Assembly: GCA_002633005.1 (NCBI GenBank)
Contig: NMRA01000253.1
Coordinates: 11,251 to 75,250, forward strand
Length of the DNA stretch: 64,000 nucleotides
Source: Phoronis australis
Taxonomy: Eukaryota > Animalia > Phoronida
Direction of reading: 5' to 3'
The position numbers and the translations under genes are program-made. Shown in pieces: positions 60,901 through 64,000 of the stretch (positions within the stretch are counted from its first letter, which is position 1; the number at the start of each line of letters is the position of its first letter). The notes below the pieces were generated by a model that was not told the DNA's origin, made no database searches, and saw nothing but the letters and a program-made list of their open reading frames with translations.

Positions 60901-63897
60901 GAAGTCGCTAACTCAAATTATACCATCCCTTTTAAACGATATTTTTTTGAAATATAAAAATAATTCATGAATCTGGGAGATCTTGTTTTTCTTTTCTCGC
61001 GCAGTAATTTTTTCTAGGTCAAGAACCATATGAGACTATTACATATTTGCTTAACGGAGCCAGGCTGTTGGGTTGTTTGTGTGGTGACTAAATGAGAATG
61101 CCTGAAAGTAGACCCATTGATGTGCCGTTATCTGAAATATGTAAAGAGATCCAATCTTGTAACTCGAGAGATCTTCTGTGCAGCACAACTACACGATTGA
61201 CTCTTTCTCCGCAATAAGTTTTCATCTAGAGGGACCAAGTGAAAATATAGCATGCAAAATTTCACGGAGGTATTCTTGATACGCGTTCAGCTCTATGTCA
61301 TTATCCGAAACGGAAAGACGAAACGAGTGGTTCTAAAATGATAAGGCGCTAGCAAATATTATACGAGGTTACTGACCAAAGCACTTTCACTCCTTAAAGG
61401 GATTGCCGTGTCAAAATATAGTATCAATCGAAAGCTTATTATTCATCCCGAGAGATTTTTGAAGAGTCACTTTCTAGGGGAGTTATTTTCGAGTATAGTC
61501 TATAAACTTCTCACGGAGACCAGCCATGATAAGCAGTCGTATTCGAAGTTTCACTGAGTTACGCTCTTGACTCTGAACGCTATATACACTTACGTGATGC
61601 TATAATCTTATGCATGAAATTAGTAAAACGATTACAAAAGCCGTAACTGAAACCATGTAAAATATAAGATATGTTAAAACTATTTCGTAGACCTTAACAA
61701 TGGAAAGCACTAATTTGGTGCATACTGTACATATCTTTTAAGATAAAAATGAAAACTCAAAATTTCCTCGTCATACATATTGTGTCTTGGATTGATAAGC
61801 TTTTACTGTGTTCTTAAAGGAAAATTCAAAGTAAAAGCGGACAATGGTCACTAGTAGGCATTGCTCATCAAACGGTGGTATGAGTCTCTTCTTTGGCCCA
61901 TACGTCGCCAAGCAGGTGATGAATAGGTCTTGGGCTCTCTAGGTCGACGGTTTAAAGATGGCGAACGATACAGTGCCAGCGTAGGTCGAAAGGACAAATA
62001 CACGCAGCAGGCGGTCTATCTGGTGGAATACAGAAATGTTAGTGCCTTCAATGAACCTGCCAAACGCGACAATATTGCTAAGTCTTGCTTATCTGCCCGC
62101 TTTGTCGGTAAGCAATACAACAGACGCGATATTCAAGACACGACCTGTGTTGTTCATCTAACCAAAACAGAGCTATAACAATGAGAAAATAACTACAGAA
62201 AGAGTTTTTAGGATAACATATTTAATTGACATGTTCATATATCTTACTGGCTGACGTTCAATAAGAGGCGGTATTGGGTCACAAGGTTGTGGGGTGGATC
62301 CATGGTCGGTTGACTGAGAGGTCAGCATCCCGAAAATTGCGAAACGAGGTCTAAAATTTTGAGAGGAGATGTTACCAAATGGATTATATAAAAAACCGCG
62401 TTAGAAAGTATTTTCAAGACCCGACGTTTGGGCACCCACTTATCACATAGCTTTAAACAAACTGTCTCTTTATTAACGGACGAACAATTTTGAAGTCGCT
62501 AACTCAAATTATACCATCCCTTTTGAACGACATTTTTTTGAAATATAGAAATATTTCATGAATCTGGGAGATCTTGTTTTTCTTTTCTCGCGCAATAATT
62601 TTTTCTAGGTCAAGAACCATGTGAGACTATGGCATATGTGCGTAACGGAGCCAGGCAGTTGGGTTGTTTGTGTGGTGACTAAATGAGAATGCCTGAAAGT
62701 AGACCCATTGATGTGCCGTTATCTGAAATATGTAAAGAGATCCAATCTTGTAACTCGAGAGATCTTCTGTGCAGCACAACTACACGATTGACTCTTTCTC
62801 CGCAATAAGTTTTCATCTAGAGGGACCAAGTGAAAATATAGCATGCAAAATTTCACGGAGGTATTCTTGATACGCGTTCAGCTCTATGTCATTATCCGAA
62901 ACAGAAAGACGAAACGAGTGGTTCTAAATTGATAAGGCGCTAGCAAATATTATAAGAGGTTACTGACCAAAGCACTTTCACTCCTTAAAGGGATTGCCGT
63001 GTCAAAATATAGTATCAATCGAAAGCTTATAATTCATCCCGAGAGATTTTTGAAGAGTCACTTTCTAGGGTAGTTATTTTCGAGTATAGTCTATAATCTT
63101 CTCACGAAAACCAGCCATGATAAGCAGTCGCATTCGAAGTTTCACTGAGTTACGCTCTTGACTCTGAACGCTATATACACTTACGTGATGCTATAATCTA
63201 ATGCATGAAATTAGTAAAACGATTACAAAAGCCGTAACTGAAACCATGTAAAATATAAGATATGCGTGAGAAGTGTTTTATGGGATGAATTAGCCAGATA
63301 CAGTATCTAGCTCATTGGTGAGATCAAGCCGTGGACATAAAAACAGAACTGTCACTAGGAGGCGCCAGAATTGTCTTCACTCCAGTGGGAGCTTACACCA
63401 TTTCGGTAGAAAAAACGCGAAAAAATGTAATACGGTAATACAAAACAATTTACCAGTTTTTATATACGCCAAGGAACTACAGAGATACAGAGGCAAAATT
63501 AAATATGCTTTAAGAATGCACAGCGGTAGTCAAAGCGGTTGCGTGTATTACAAATTAATGTATGAGCCTATGCAGGAGACATTGCGTGGGCTTATAAGCG
63601 ATACTTGAGCAAAGGAGCCAATAGGCGAGCCACTCCCAAAAATGAAAATATTTCACATATAAGCCTTTTCACACAAAGGCGCAGTAATAAAGAGTTTTCC
63701 CATTCAAGATAGAAAGCAAATGAGACAAAATATGGTAAAATGTCACCTACATCGAATTGCTAAAATTGATATTTGTTCATTTTTCAAAGTCTGCATTATT
63801 AAACATTTCGTAGACCTTAAAAATGGAAAGCACCTATTTGGTGCATACATATAAGAAAAAATGGAAAATAAAAAGTAACTCGTCAAACATATTGTCT
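51960..63897. repeat. Homogeneous tandem macrosatellite of short (~1.59 kb) and long (~2.14 kb) units
   Basis: Equivalent positions at 52873, 54463, ~56060, 58194, 60340 and 61930; long units carry an extra ~550 bp (57395-57938, 59530-60086, 63265-63803); similarity ends near 63897. Confidence 0.95.
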
Positions 63898-64000
63898 TTA
63901 AAGTACTTCTCTCATGCGTTGTTAACCATTATTACATGGTTAAAGGATGTTATAAGGATCCAAGAAGTACCTACCCCATAACTAATACACGATCCGTACT

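Noticed and set aside
52873-62178. Recurring 68-82 aa plus-strand ORFs (MGSLGRRFKDGERY...)
   Set aside because: They recur only because the DNA is repeated; they start at TTG, are frameshifted or truncated in some units and have no recognisable domain.

Overview
AT-rich animal genomic DNA with spliceosomal introns, most likely from a heterozygous marine invertebrate (taxon cannot be fixed from sequence alone). Single-N contig joins occur at 14349, 16386, 23276, 30837 and 42362. Three spliced protein genes can be reconstructed by hand: (1) a two-exon TNF-receptor-superfamily gene without a death domain (minus strand, 3165-15160); (2) METTL13, head-to-head with it (plus strand, 13 coding exons, 16994-34334, about 679 aa), with a diverged C-terminal methyltransferase domain; (3) a five-exon gene (38607-43715, about 269 aa) joining a K/A/S/T/P-rich N-terminus to a stand-alone IQANK1-C-terminal/dynein-AAA5-like domain. 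The introns hold many mobile elements: a decayed RLE-type (HERO-like) non-LTR retrotransposon interrupted by an LTR-like insert, an internally deleted Kolobok DNA transposon (THAP transposase + KolX, TTAA TSD), a pogo/mariner-type element carrying a decayed HIRAN-like gene, and several MITEs. The last ~15.6 kb is a complex tandem macrosatellite of 1.59 and 2.14 kb units with diverged edge copies. Two apparent tandem duplications inside METTL13 abut N joins and are probably uncollapsed haplotypes. Nearly all ORFs in the supplied track are chance ORFs, exon fragments or antisense shadows.
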